DNA from: Nitrospirota bacterium
GTDB taxonomy: Bacteria > JACPQY01
Assembly: GCA_016180645.1 (NCBI GenBank)
Contig: JACPAV010000007.1
Span: 104,888 to 168,887 of the forward strand
Direction of reading: 5' to 3'
Length of the DNA stretch: 64,000 nt
The position numbers and the translations under genes are program-made. This document shows positions 28,188-36,021 of this stretch, one piece after another. The notes beneath the pieces were generated by a model. The model was not told the DNA's origin, did not search any database, and worked only from the letters and a program-made list of their open reading frames with translations. The first letter of the stretch is position 1; every line of letters begins with the position of its first letter.

Positions 28188-29693
28188 ATGACGGAACCGA
28201 CGGTCATATGTCCAAAGTGCAAGCACGAGTTCAAACTCACGGAATCGCTGGCCGCGCCGCTGCTCGCGTCCCTCCGGCAAGACTACGAGAAACGACTGGC
28301 ACAGAAAGATGAGGACTTTACCAAACGAGAGGGCGATCTGCGGCAGCGGGAAGAAGCGCTGGAGAAGGCCAAGCATGGGGTGGATGAACAGGTCTCCCAG
28401 AAACTGCGGCAGGAACGCGCCAAGATTGCCGCCGAGGAGGCCAAAAAGGCCAAGCTGGCGCTGGGTTCCGACTTGGAACAGAAGACGAAGGAGGTAGAGG
28501 ACCTTCAGGGAGTTCTCAGGAGCAAGGACGAGAAGCTGGCCGAGGCTCAGAAGGCACAGGCTGACTTGATTCGTCTGAAGCGCGAGGTAGATGAAGCCAG
28601 GCGGGAAGCAGAACTGAAGGTGCAGGAGGGGATTCAGGCGGGCCTTGCTGGCGAGCGCGAAAAGGCGCGGAAGGAGGCCGAGGGACGGTTGAATATCAAG
28701 ATGGCGGAGAAGGACGAAGCCGTCGCTTCTCTGCGGAAAGAAATCGAGGATGCCCAGTCAAAACTTTCCGAGGCGCAAATGGCCCAAGCTGAATTCGTCC
28801 GAAAACAGCGGGAGCTTGATGACGAGAAACGCAAGCTGGACCTGACGGTTGAGGAGCGATTGCGGGACGGCGCGGCGGGAATTCGCGAGCAGGGCCGCAA
28901 GGAAGCTGAAGACCAACTCAAGCTCAAGGTTGCCGAGAAAGAGCAGACCATTACCTCCATGCAGAAACAGATCGAGGACCTCAAGCGTCGGGCCGAACAG
29001 GGATCGCAGCAACTCCAGGGGGAAGTCCAAGAGATCGAACTTGAGCAACTTCTGCGTGCCAAATTCCCGCAGGACGATATCGAGCCTGTAGGCAAGGGCG
29101 AGCGGGGTGGCGACATCATGCAGAGGGTTGTCGGCCCACTCGGCCAGCCGTGCGGTTCGATCCTATGGGAGTCGAAACGGACCAAGAACTGGAGCGATGG
29201 CTGGCTCGCGAAGCTCCGGGAGGACCAGAGATCCGCCAAGGCGGAAATTGCGGTGATTGTCAGCCAAGTTCTTCCGAAAGGTATCGATTCCTTCGATTTG
29301 ATCGATGGCGTTTGGGTTGTCCATCCTCGCGCGGCGCTTCCGGTTGCCATGGCATTGCGCCAGACCTTGATCGAAGTCGGGCTGGCCCGCCAGGCTTCCG
29401 AGGGGCAGCAGACGAAAATGGGAATGGTCTACGAGTACCTGACCGGCCCGCGATTCCGCCAGCGCGTTCAAGCCATCGTCGAGGCGTTTTCCAACATGAA
29501 AGAAGATTTGGACAAGGAGAAAAAGGCCATCACGAAACAGTGGGCCAAACGCGAAGAGCAAATCGACCGCGTCATGCAGGGCACCGTCGGCCTGTACGGC
29601 GACCTCCAAGGCATTGCGGGGAAAACCTTGCAGGAAATTGAAGGGCTTGATCTCCCAGTCCTTAATGCACTGACTCCAGATCCGGGAGAATAA
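28188..29693 (+). CDS. DUF2130 coiled-coil protein
   Basis: CPKC, long coiled coil, GSQQLQGEVQE, FP.D.I.PV.KG..GGD, ILWESKRTKNWS. Confidence 0.88.
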   Translation: MTEPTVICPKCKHEFKLTESLAAPLLASLRQDYEKRLAQKDEDFTKREGDLRQREEALEKAKHGVDEQVSQKLRQERAKIAAEEAKKAKLALGSDLEQKTKEVEDLQGVLRSKDEKLAEAQKAQADLIRLKREVDEARREAELKVQEGIQAGLAGEREKARKEAEGRLNIKMAEKDEAVASLRKEIEDAQSKLSEAQMAQAEFVRKQRELDDEKRKLDLTVEERLRDGAAGIREQGRKEAEDQLKLKVAEKEQTITSMQKQIEDLKRRAEQGSQQLQGEVQEIELEQLLRAKFPQDDIEPVGKGERGGDIMQRVVGPLGQPCGSILWESKRTKNWSDGWLAKLREDQRSAKAEIAVIVSQVLPKGIDSFDLIDGVWVVHPRAALPVAMALRQTLIEVGLARQASEGQQTKMGMVYEYLTGPRFRQRVQAIVEAFSNMKEDLDKEKKAITKQWAKREEQIDRVMQGTVGLYGDLQGIAGKTLQEIEGLDLPVLNALTPDPGE

Positions 29694-29694
29694 T

Positions 29695-29883
29695 ATGATG
29701 GCCTTGCTTATTGACATTCTCGCCTGGGGCACGGCCATCCTCACCGATTGGCAGCGAGATGCAATGCGTCGCCTGTTCCAGAAACAAGATCTCGATGCGC
29801 AAGATTCCGATGACTTGTTTGCCATGCTGAAGTCTGCACGTGGGACACCCGATCCTCAGAACCGCCACTCCATGTTTCTTTAG
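29695..29883 (+). pseudogene. probable N-terminal fragment of a large ABC/AAA-type ATPase gene
   Basis: ILAW...WQRDAMRRLF...DDLFAMLK resembles N-termini I recall from large island ATPases; stops after 62 aa with no P-loop. Confidence 0.55.
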
Positions 29884-29919
29884 AGAGGTGGAAATCTGGT
29901 CACGATTCAAGACCGGAAA

Positions 29920-30936
29920 ATGTTGTTTCTCCGGAATTGTGATATACATTACACTGGTGGTGTCGTAGTGAACCACATTGCGGCTCGATCTTGCCAGCCA
30001 ACTCCGCGAATGCACGGAAATGGTGGGCACATCTTAGATCAGGGGTTGTTGGAAGCGGGGTCACTCTCTCCCCACATTGCGCCGTCGCGCCCGTTTCTTC
30101 GTTGGGCCGGATCGAAGCGGTGGCTCTTGAGGCAGATTGTTCATATCCTGCCACGCCAGTTCGGTAGATACCACGAGCCATTTCTCGGGTCCGGCGCGCT
30201 CTTCTTCTTTCTCGGACCCCAGCGAGCGTTGCTGACTGATAAGTGTAGCGAATTGATTGATGTCTACACGATGATCAGGCATGAGGTGTCCACCATCATT
30301 CGATACTTGAGACCGATGAAGCCGAACCGCGACCTGTTCTACGCCATTCGCAACCAGCCGAGCCGGGGCAGGCTGAAGCGAGCAGCCGAGTTCCTGTATC
30401 TCAACAAAACCTGCTGGAATGGGCTGTACCGCGTCAACTCGGAGGGACGGTTCAACGTTCCGTACGGGATGCCCAGAACGGACTTCATCGCGGACTTCGA
30501 AAATCTCCGTGCATGCTCCCAGGTCCTTGAGAGGCCCGGAGTGAAGCTCCGGTCCTGTGATTTCGAGGCCGCCTTGGTGAACGTGAAGGCCGGCGATCTG
30601 GTTTACCTTGATCCGCCATACGTTACGCGGCACAACAACAACGGCTTCGTCGATTACAACGAAACTCTCTTCTCCTGGGAGGATCAGAGACGCCTAGCCA
30701 CGCGCGCGCGGCAGATCGCAAATGCTGGGGCCTATGTAATCGTGACCAACGCCAACCATCGAGAGGTTGTGGAGCTTTACCAAGGCTTCAAGAGCCGTAC
30801 TCTGACACGGTCTTCGACTCTGGCCTCTGACTTCAAGTGCCGGGGTCGAGTGAAAGAAGCCCTCCTGTACTCTCCGAATTGCGGGGAGGGACGTAGATCA
30901 CCGTGCCGAAGGGTTCTTGGAGGCAGCGATGACTAG
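29920..30936 (+). CDS. Dam-type (D12 class) N6-adenine DNA methyltransferase; true start probably 30010-30050
   Basis: PFLRWAGSKRWL, EPFLGSGA, YLNKTCWNGLYRVNSEGRFNVPYG, YLDPPY. Confidence 0.93.
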   Translation: MLFLRNCDIHYTGGVVVNHIAARSCQPTPRMHGNGGHILDQGLLEAGSLSPHIAPSRPFLRWAGSKRWLLRQIVHILPRQFGRYHEPFLGSGALFFFLGPQRALLTDKCSELIDVYTMIRHEVSTIIRYLRPMKPNRDLFYAIRNQPSRGRLKRAAEFLYLNKTCWNGLYRVNSEGRFNVPYGMPRTDFIADFENLRACSQVLERPGVKLRSCDFEAALVNVKAGDLVYLDPPYVTRHNNNGFVDYNETLFSWEDQRRLATRARQIANAGAYVIVTNANHREVVELYQGFKSRTLTRSSTLASDFKCRGRVKEALLYSPNCGEGRRSPCRRVLGGSDD

Positions 30937-31900
30937 ACGGACCAAGGCCCTTGTTCCCGAGCCGGTCGGTGTCAAGACCCTCCGGACGAACCAGCTCCAG
31001 CCGAATCCGCACAATCCTAGGATGCTCTTCGACAAAGCGCCGATGAAGACGCTCCAAGATTCAATTGGTCAGGTCGGAATCCTGGTGCCGCTCACTGTCT
31101 ACCAGCGCAGGTCGGACCGGCAATTCATCATCTTGGACGGCCAGCGGCGGTGGATCTGCGCACAGAAGGTCGGGCTGCCGACGGTGCCTGTAAATCAGGT
31201 CGCCGAGCCAAACCTGGTTCAAAACATAGTGACGATGTTTCAGATCCACAAGCTGCGCAAAGATTGGGAGCTCATGCCGACGGCGCTCAAACTTGAAGTC
31301 CTCATAACGAAGCTGCAGGAGAAATCAGATCGCAAGCTGGCGGAACTGACGGGTCTGGATATCGCCGTCGTAACCCGTTGTAAGAAGCTGCTTTCGTACT
31401 CAAAGGAGTTCCAGGATCTGATGCTCGACCCAGACCCGGAAAAGCGCGTCAAGGCAGATTTCTTCATCGAGCTGTTTCCAGTCCTCCACGACAGGGTGGT
31501 CAAGAAGATGTCACAACGCTCCCAAGGCCCCCTCGTTCGCAAGATGCTCGCGAAGCATCAAAGCACCGAGGGGGGTATCAGGGCAGTCACAGATTTCCGC
31601 AAGGTCAAGCAGCATTTGGCAAACGCACGGAAGGCAGGCAAGGTCTCGGTAATCGCTCGCAGGTTTAAAGAGTTCGCCGAGAAGGTGGAGCTGAGTCCTG
31701 ACCACCTGGTGATTCCGGCGGCTAACGTGTCAGCCCAGGCAAGATCACTTCACGGCAAGGTCGAAAAACTCCAGGAAGCACTTGCAGGCCTTGACGTCGA
31801 GGCATACGTCGGCGAGGAAGCACTATGGGGCGCAATCGAGTCGCTACTTCGCACGGTTCGCAAATGCCTAGCGGTTGCAGGACGAAGGACCAATGAATGA
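30929..31900 (+). CDS. ParB/Srx N-terminal domain protein with HTH
   Basis: GGAGG RBS; PNPHNPR, LQDSIGQVGILVPLTV, ILDGQRRW, HTH SDRKLAELTGLDIAVVTR. Confidence 0.88.
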   Translation: MTRRTKALVPEPVGVKTLRTNQLQPNPHNPRMLFDKAPMKTLQDSIGQVGILVPLTVYQRRSDRQFIILDGQRRWICAQKVGLPTVPVNQVAEPNLVQNIVTMFQIHKLRKDWELMPTALKLEVLITKLQEKSDRKLAELTGLDIAVVTRCKKLLSYSKEFQDLMLDPDPEKRVKADFFIELFPVLHDRVVKKMSQRSQGPLVRKMLAKHQSTEGGIRAVTDFRKVKQHLANARKAGKVSVIARRFKEFAEKVELSPDHLVIPAANVSAQARSLHGKVEKLQEALAGLDVEAYVGEEALWGAIESLLRTVRKCLAVAGRRTNE

Positions 31901-32724
31901 GAACACCCAAAGATCGCGGGAAACCAGTCGACGCTGGCCGTATGAGATCTTGGCTGGACCGGTTCGACGGCTATCGAATTGCGGTGACAGATCAGCGAAT
32001 CAGCGCTTGGCTCCAGCGCTTTAGACGAGATGATACTGATCTCGGAGCAAGGCTCCTCGACGCGGTCATGTTCCTCAGGTCCGAGGACATGGAGGAGGCA
32101 CTGCGCAAGCTGGTGGACCATCTACCGGGTTGGGATAAAAGTCACGCGCGCCGGGAGGGGAAGTGGCGTTTCCTAGCCTTCTCAATCAGCGCTGGCGAGA
32201 GTGGAGATACGATGCTCCACAAGTCACGAACCGCCCTCGGACTGACTGGCGGTCGATACGATCAACTATTCATCCACAAGGCCGATCTGCTCAAAGAGGA
32301 GCTTGGCTGCGACGACAGCGTAGTTTTCTTTGATGACTTTGCCGGGACGGGTCGGCAAGCTTGTCGTGCGTGGCATGAAACCCTTGCGGAGTTACTTCCC
32401 GGAAGCCCAAGGGCGTATTTGGTCCTTGTTGCAGCTGGGGAGCGGGCCGTTGATCGCATTGCTCAGGAGACAGGATTGAAGGTCGTGACAAAACATGTAC
32501 TCGGCGTTGGTGATGACATTTTCTCAGGGGAATGCGAGCATTTCAGCCGAACGGAGAAAGAACGCCTGGTTGAGTATGGAAAGATAGCGGCTCGAAAGAT
32601 GCCACGAGGCTACGGGGACTGTGGCTTCGTGATCGTGTTGGCTCACAAGACTCCGAACAATTCGATCCCAATCCTTCATGCCAATCACGGTCACTGGAGA
32701 GGATTATTCCCGAGGCACGGATAA
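31897..32724 (+). CDS. phosphoribosyltransferase-like protein (PRTase-CE-like)
   Basis: VVFFDDFAGTGRQA PRPP-loop; C-terminal GYG...HKTPNNSIPILH...WRGLFPR; ATGA overlap with ParB. Confidence 0.8.
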   Translation: MRTPKDRGKPVDAGRMRSWLDRFDGYRIAVTDQRISAWLQRFRRDDTDLGARLLDAVMFLRSEDMEEALRKLVDHLPGWDKSHARREGKWRFLAFSISAGESGDTMLHKSRTALGLTGGRYDQLFIHKADLLKEELGCDDSVVFFDDFAGTGRQACRAWHETLAELLPGSPRAYLVLVAAGERAVDRIAQETGLKVVTKHVLGVGDDIFSGECEHFSRTEKERLVEYGKIAARKMPRGYGDCGFVIVLAHKTPNNSIPILHANHGHWRGLFPRHG

Positions 32725-32810
32725 CCGACAACTCGCCACCGGCAGCGCTTCAAGTGCTCAATCCTCATCCGCTGGGAGTCAGACATATTGCTTGCCGATC
32801 TGATGATGCC

Positions 32811-34100
32811 ATGAACTGGCGAGCGTATCCTGAAACCAAGCCGTCCGGCTTGGAGTGGCTGGGGGAGATTCCATCAGGCTGGCGGACCATGCGGCTCAAG
32901 TACTGCGCTTCCCTCGTCAACGAGAAAACAGATGGATTCGCCTCGGAATTGCCATACACCGGGCTTGAACACATCGAGTCCTGGACCGGAAAACGGGTTC
33001 AGACGGGTGAAAAACCGGAAGCTGAAGGGCAGGCAAGCAAGTTCTGCGGGGGAGACCTCCTCTTTGGGAAATTACGACCGTATCTGGCCAAGGTTTTCCG
33101 TTCCGACGAAAGCGGCATCTGCACCGGAGAGCTGTTGGTCTTGCGGACGAAGAACGTCAGCCGTGACTACCTTTTCTACTATGTACTGGCACGGGATTTC
33201 ATTTCAATCGTTGACTCCTCCACCTATGGGGCGAAGATGCCCAGGGCAAGCTGGGAATTCATCGGAAATCTTCCAGCACTTGTTCCTTCTGACAATGAGC
33301 AACGCGCGATCGCGGCGTTTTTGGATCGGGAGACGGGGCGGATTGATGGGCTGATTGAGAAGAAAGAGCGGCAGATCGAACTCCTACAGGAAAAACGCGC
33401 GGCTGTAATCACCCATGCCGTGACGAAGGGCCTCGATCCGAAGGCCCCCATGAAAGATTCCGGCATCGAGTGGCTGGGAGAGATTCCGGCGCATTGGACT
33501 ATTCGTCAACTTAAGTACGTGGCCACGTTTCAGAGAGGACATGATCTTCCAGATTCAGTGCGAGCGGAGGGGGCAGTCCCCGTCGTTACGTCTGGGGGCA
33601 TTTCCGGGAGTCATGATGAATACCGCGCAAAGGGACCCGGAATCGTAACGGGTCGGTACGGGACGATTGGCACGATTTACTATGTCGAGGATGACTTTTG
33701 GCCGCACAATACGACGCTATATTGTAGCAATTCGCGAGGCAACAATATGAGGTTTCTCTGGTACCTGCTTCAGAATATCTCCGGCTTTTTTCTTCTCAAC
33801 GCAGGAAAATCAGCGGTTCCGGGCGTAGACCGCAACGACCTGCATCCCATACCCGTAGCAATTCCTGTGGATGTTGACGAACAGAAGGAGATTGCAGGAT
33901 TTCTCGACAGGGAGACGGTCAAGGGTGACGCCCTTTGTAAACGGATCGATGAATCCATTGCTGTTCTCCGCGAATACCGGACGGCGCTCATCTCGGCCGC
34001 CGTGACCGGCAAGATCGATGTGCGGCCAGCGGACGGGGCACTCAGGAATCTGAACCAAGCCGATGAAGATGGACAAGACGTAACCGTGGTGGGAGAATAA
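32811..34100 (+). CDS. hsdS: type I restriction-modification specificity subunit
   Basis: Two EWLGEIP..W repeats, two EQ..IA.FLDRET spacers, EYRTALISAAVTGKIDVR. Confidence 0.95.
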   Translation: MNWRAYPETKPSGLEWLGEIPSGWRTMRLKYCASLVNEKTDGFASELPYTGLEHIESWTGKRVQTGEKPEAEGQASKFCGGDLLFGKLRPYLAKVFRSDESGICTGELLVLRTKNVSRDYLFYYVLARDFISIVDSSTYGAKMPRASWEFIGNLPALVPSDNEQRAIAAFLDRETGRIDGLIEKKERQIELLQEKRAAVITHAVTKGLDPKAPMKDSGIEWLGEIPAHWTIRQLKYVATFQRGHDLPDSVRAEGAVPVVTSGGISGSHDEYRAKGPGIVTGRYGTIGTIYYVEDDFWPHNTTLYCSNSRGNNMRFLWYLLQNISGFFLLNAGKSAVPGVDRNDLHPIPVAIPVDVDEQKEIAGFLDRETVKGDALCKRIDESIAVLREYRTALISAAVTGKIDVRPADGALRNLNQADEDGQDVTVVGE

Positions 34101-34105
34101 AGATC

Positions 34106-34513
34106 ATGGCGATCAGAGTGATAGACGTAGAGAGAGCCAAGGCTCAAAAGCTTCTTGCCAAGGCTCATCTCCTGCGCCAATGGCAAGAACGTAGGCCACG
34201 GGCGGGCATTCGGATGAGTTTGGATAAGACCTTCGTCCTCCCTAGAGGACATCAGAGAATTCAGTTCCGGCCTGACGTGGTGGTGCAGGACCAGAAGGGA
34301 GCCATACACGCCTTTTATGAGATTAAAACGGCGATACCCCATTCCACCGATCTCCGCCTGGCGGCCAGGCAGCTACAGTCTTATTCGCAAATGGCGCCGC
34401 ACGCCATATGTGGAGTAGTGTTGCCCTCAGAGGCTCTTCAGGATTCGTCCATTCAGCAAGTGATCGCCGAAATCAGGGAGCGTTCCCCAGGATTCGAGAT
34501 TTGGTCCATCTAG
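34106..34513 (+). CDS. hypothetical protein with PD-(D/E)XK nuclease-like motif
   Basis: RPDVVV...FYEIKT...RQLQSY. Confidence 0.6.
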   Translation: MAIRVIDVERAKAQKLLAKAHLLRQWQERRPRAGIRMSLDKTFVLPRGHQRIQFRPDVVVQDQKGAIHAFYEIKTAIPHSTDLRLAARQLQSYSQMAPHAICGVVLPSEALQDSSIQQVIAEIRERSPGFEIWSI

Positions 34514-34517
34514 CTGA

Positions 34518-35105
34518 TTGAATCCACTCCTTCAGGAATTCACGTCCAACCTGACGAAGCAAGTCAGTCTGTACCAAAATATCCTGAATATGACGGGAGA
34601 CAGGGCCAGTCCGGCCGTGAGGGCGTTCATTGCCGCGTCGCATTTGGTATTCATCTTTGGAATCTACGACGCATTCCTGCACCAATTGGTCTGGCGAAGG
34701 CGAGCGCGAAAGCCCATTGTGGCCGGAAAACTCAGCCAATCGCCGGAATTGTTTGCCAAGACTACGCTTTTCAATCCAAGGCGGATCCCCAAGGTGCTGA
34801 AGCCCTACTATCCTCCACCACCGCTCAAATGGAGCCACACCCTTGCCGACCTGATTTCACTTCGCGGTGTAGTGGCCCACGCCGGAGGAAACCCTGCACT
34901 CTTGTCGGATGATGGCAGGAAGCTGTACAAGGAGACATTCGGGGGAACCATCCATGCAGGAGACGTTCTATTGACTCGCATACCTCATTCCGTGCAGGGG
35001 ACAAGGAGAACTGTTGTTCCGCCACTCGGCACGACGCGTATTGACCTTGCCGAACGATGTCTCTTGGTTTTGGCGGAGTTTTACGACAATAAGCTCCTTC
35101 GCTGA
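34518..35105 (+). CDS. hypothetical protein, putative HEPN-like
   Basis: Helical, with Rx4H motif RGVVAH followed by AGG (34863-34880). Confidence 0.5.
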   Translation: MNPLLQEFTSNLTKQVSLYQNILNMTGDRASPAVRAFIAASHLVFIFGIYDAFLHQLVWRRRARKPIVAGKLSQSPELFAKTTLFNPRRIPKVLKPYYPPPPLKWSHTLADLISLRGVVAHAGGNPALLSDDGRKLYKETFGGTIHAGDVLLTRIPHSVQGTRRTVVPPLGTTRIDLAERCLLVLAEFYDNKLLR

Positions 35106-35143
35106 TTGCTCTTGGACCAGATCGACGTGCGCGGGGCAGTCGG

Positions 35144-35734
35144 GTGAAGCGGAGGAGAAGGCCCGTCGTCGTTGTCCTCGCCGGGCCAAACGGCGCGGGA
35201 AAATCGACCGTCGGGCCGAGGTTGTTGAAAGAAACGCTCCGGGTGGTGGAGTTCATTAACACCGATACCATCGCCTTGGGACTTTCCGCTTTCCGGCCCG
35301 AAGGGGCGGCCATCGAGGCAGGGAGGGTGATGTTACGCAGATTCGAGGAGCTTGCCCATAAACGGGAAAACTTTGCCGTCGAATCGACGCTCGCGGGGCG
35401 CACGCTCGCCCCTCGTCTGGCCGGGTTGAAGAAAAGGGGCTACAAGATTCACATCATTTTCATCCGGCTCGCGAGCGATGCACTCGCCATTGAAAGAGTC
35501 GCTGACCGTGTGAGGTCCGGGGGGCACAATATCCCCATAGACGTCATCCGACGACGGTACCGCCGAGGTCTCCGGAACTTCTTCCATTTCTACATGCCCC
35601 TTGCCGATGACTGGCGGCTATACGATAATTCTGGTCCAGTGGGTCCAAGGCTTGTGGCATTCGGAAGGAAGAAACTCAAGATCCACGTGATGGAGCCGGC
35701 TGTTTGGAGAATAGTGGAGGAAGGCGCGTCTTGA
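35144..35734 (+). CDS. zeta-toxin-like P-loop ATPase
   Basis: LAGPNGAGKST, INTD.IA, FAVESTLAG, RVRSGGHNIP, YDNS. Confidence 0.88.
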   Translation: MKRRRRPVVVVLAGPNGAGKSTVGPRLLKETLRVVEFINTDTIALGLSAFRPEGAAIEAGRVMLRRFEELAHKRENFAVESTLAGRTLAPRLAGLKKRGYKIHIIFIRLASDALAIERVADRVRSGGHNIPIDVIRRRYRRGLRNFFHFYMPLADDWRLYDNSGPVGPRLVAFGRKKLKIHVMEPAVWRIVEEGAS

Positions 35735-36003
35735 GCAGGAACAACGTTGATATTGACCGAATCTTTTCTGAGGGGAAGCTGATTGATAGGGCACTCCGGG
35801 ATGGCGTGCGGGCCGCCATGATCCGGCACAAGCAATTGGGGCTGCCTGTCGTGGACTTTCAGGACGGGAAGATTGTGCTGGTCCCCCCGCAGAAGATCGA
35901 CACCCTGCTTAGGGCGTCCAACGGCAGGAAGGTCAAACGCGCAACCCGCCACCGTCGCCGCAAGGCTCAGCCCGCGCCTCGCCGGTCGGCCAAACGGCGG
36001 TAA
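35731..36003 (+). CDS. small partner protein of the zeta-like ATPase
   Basis: TTG overlapping upstream stop; A...HK..GLPVV...DGKIV motif. Confidence 0.7.
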   Translation: MSRNNVDIDRIFSEGKLIDRALRDGVRAAMIRHKQLGLPVVDFQDGKIVLVPPQKIDTLLRASNGRKVKRATRHRRRKAQPAPRRSAKRR

Positions 36004-36021
36004 TCCGCGAGGGGAGGCCCC

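Noticed and set aside
30929-31900. Chromosome or plasmid partition locus
   Set aside because: No ParA neighbour, no parS palindrome noticed, and the gene is coupled to a methylase and a PRTase-like gene.
32811-34100. Invertible, phase-variable hsdS shufflon
   Set aside because: Single hsdS, no silent TRD cassettes and no recombinase; internal repeats are the normal conserved regions.
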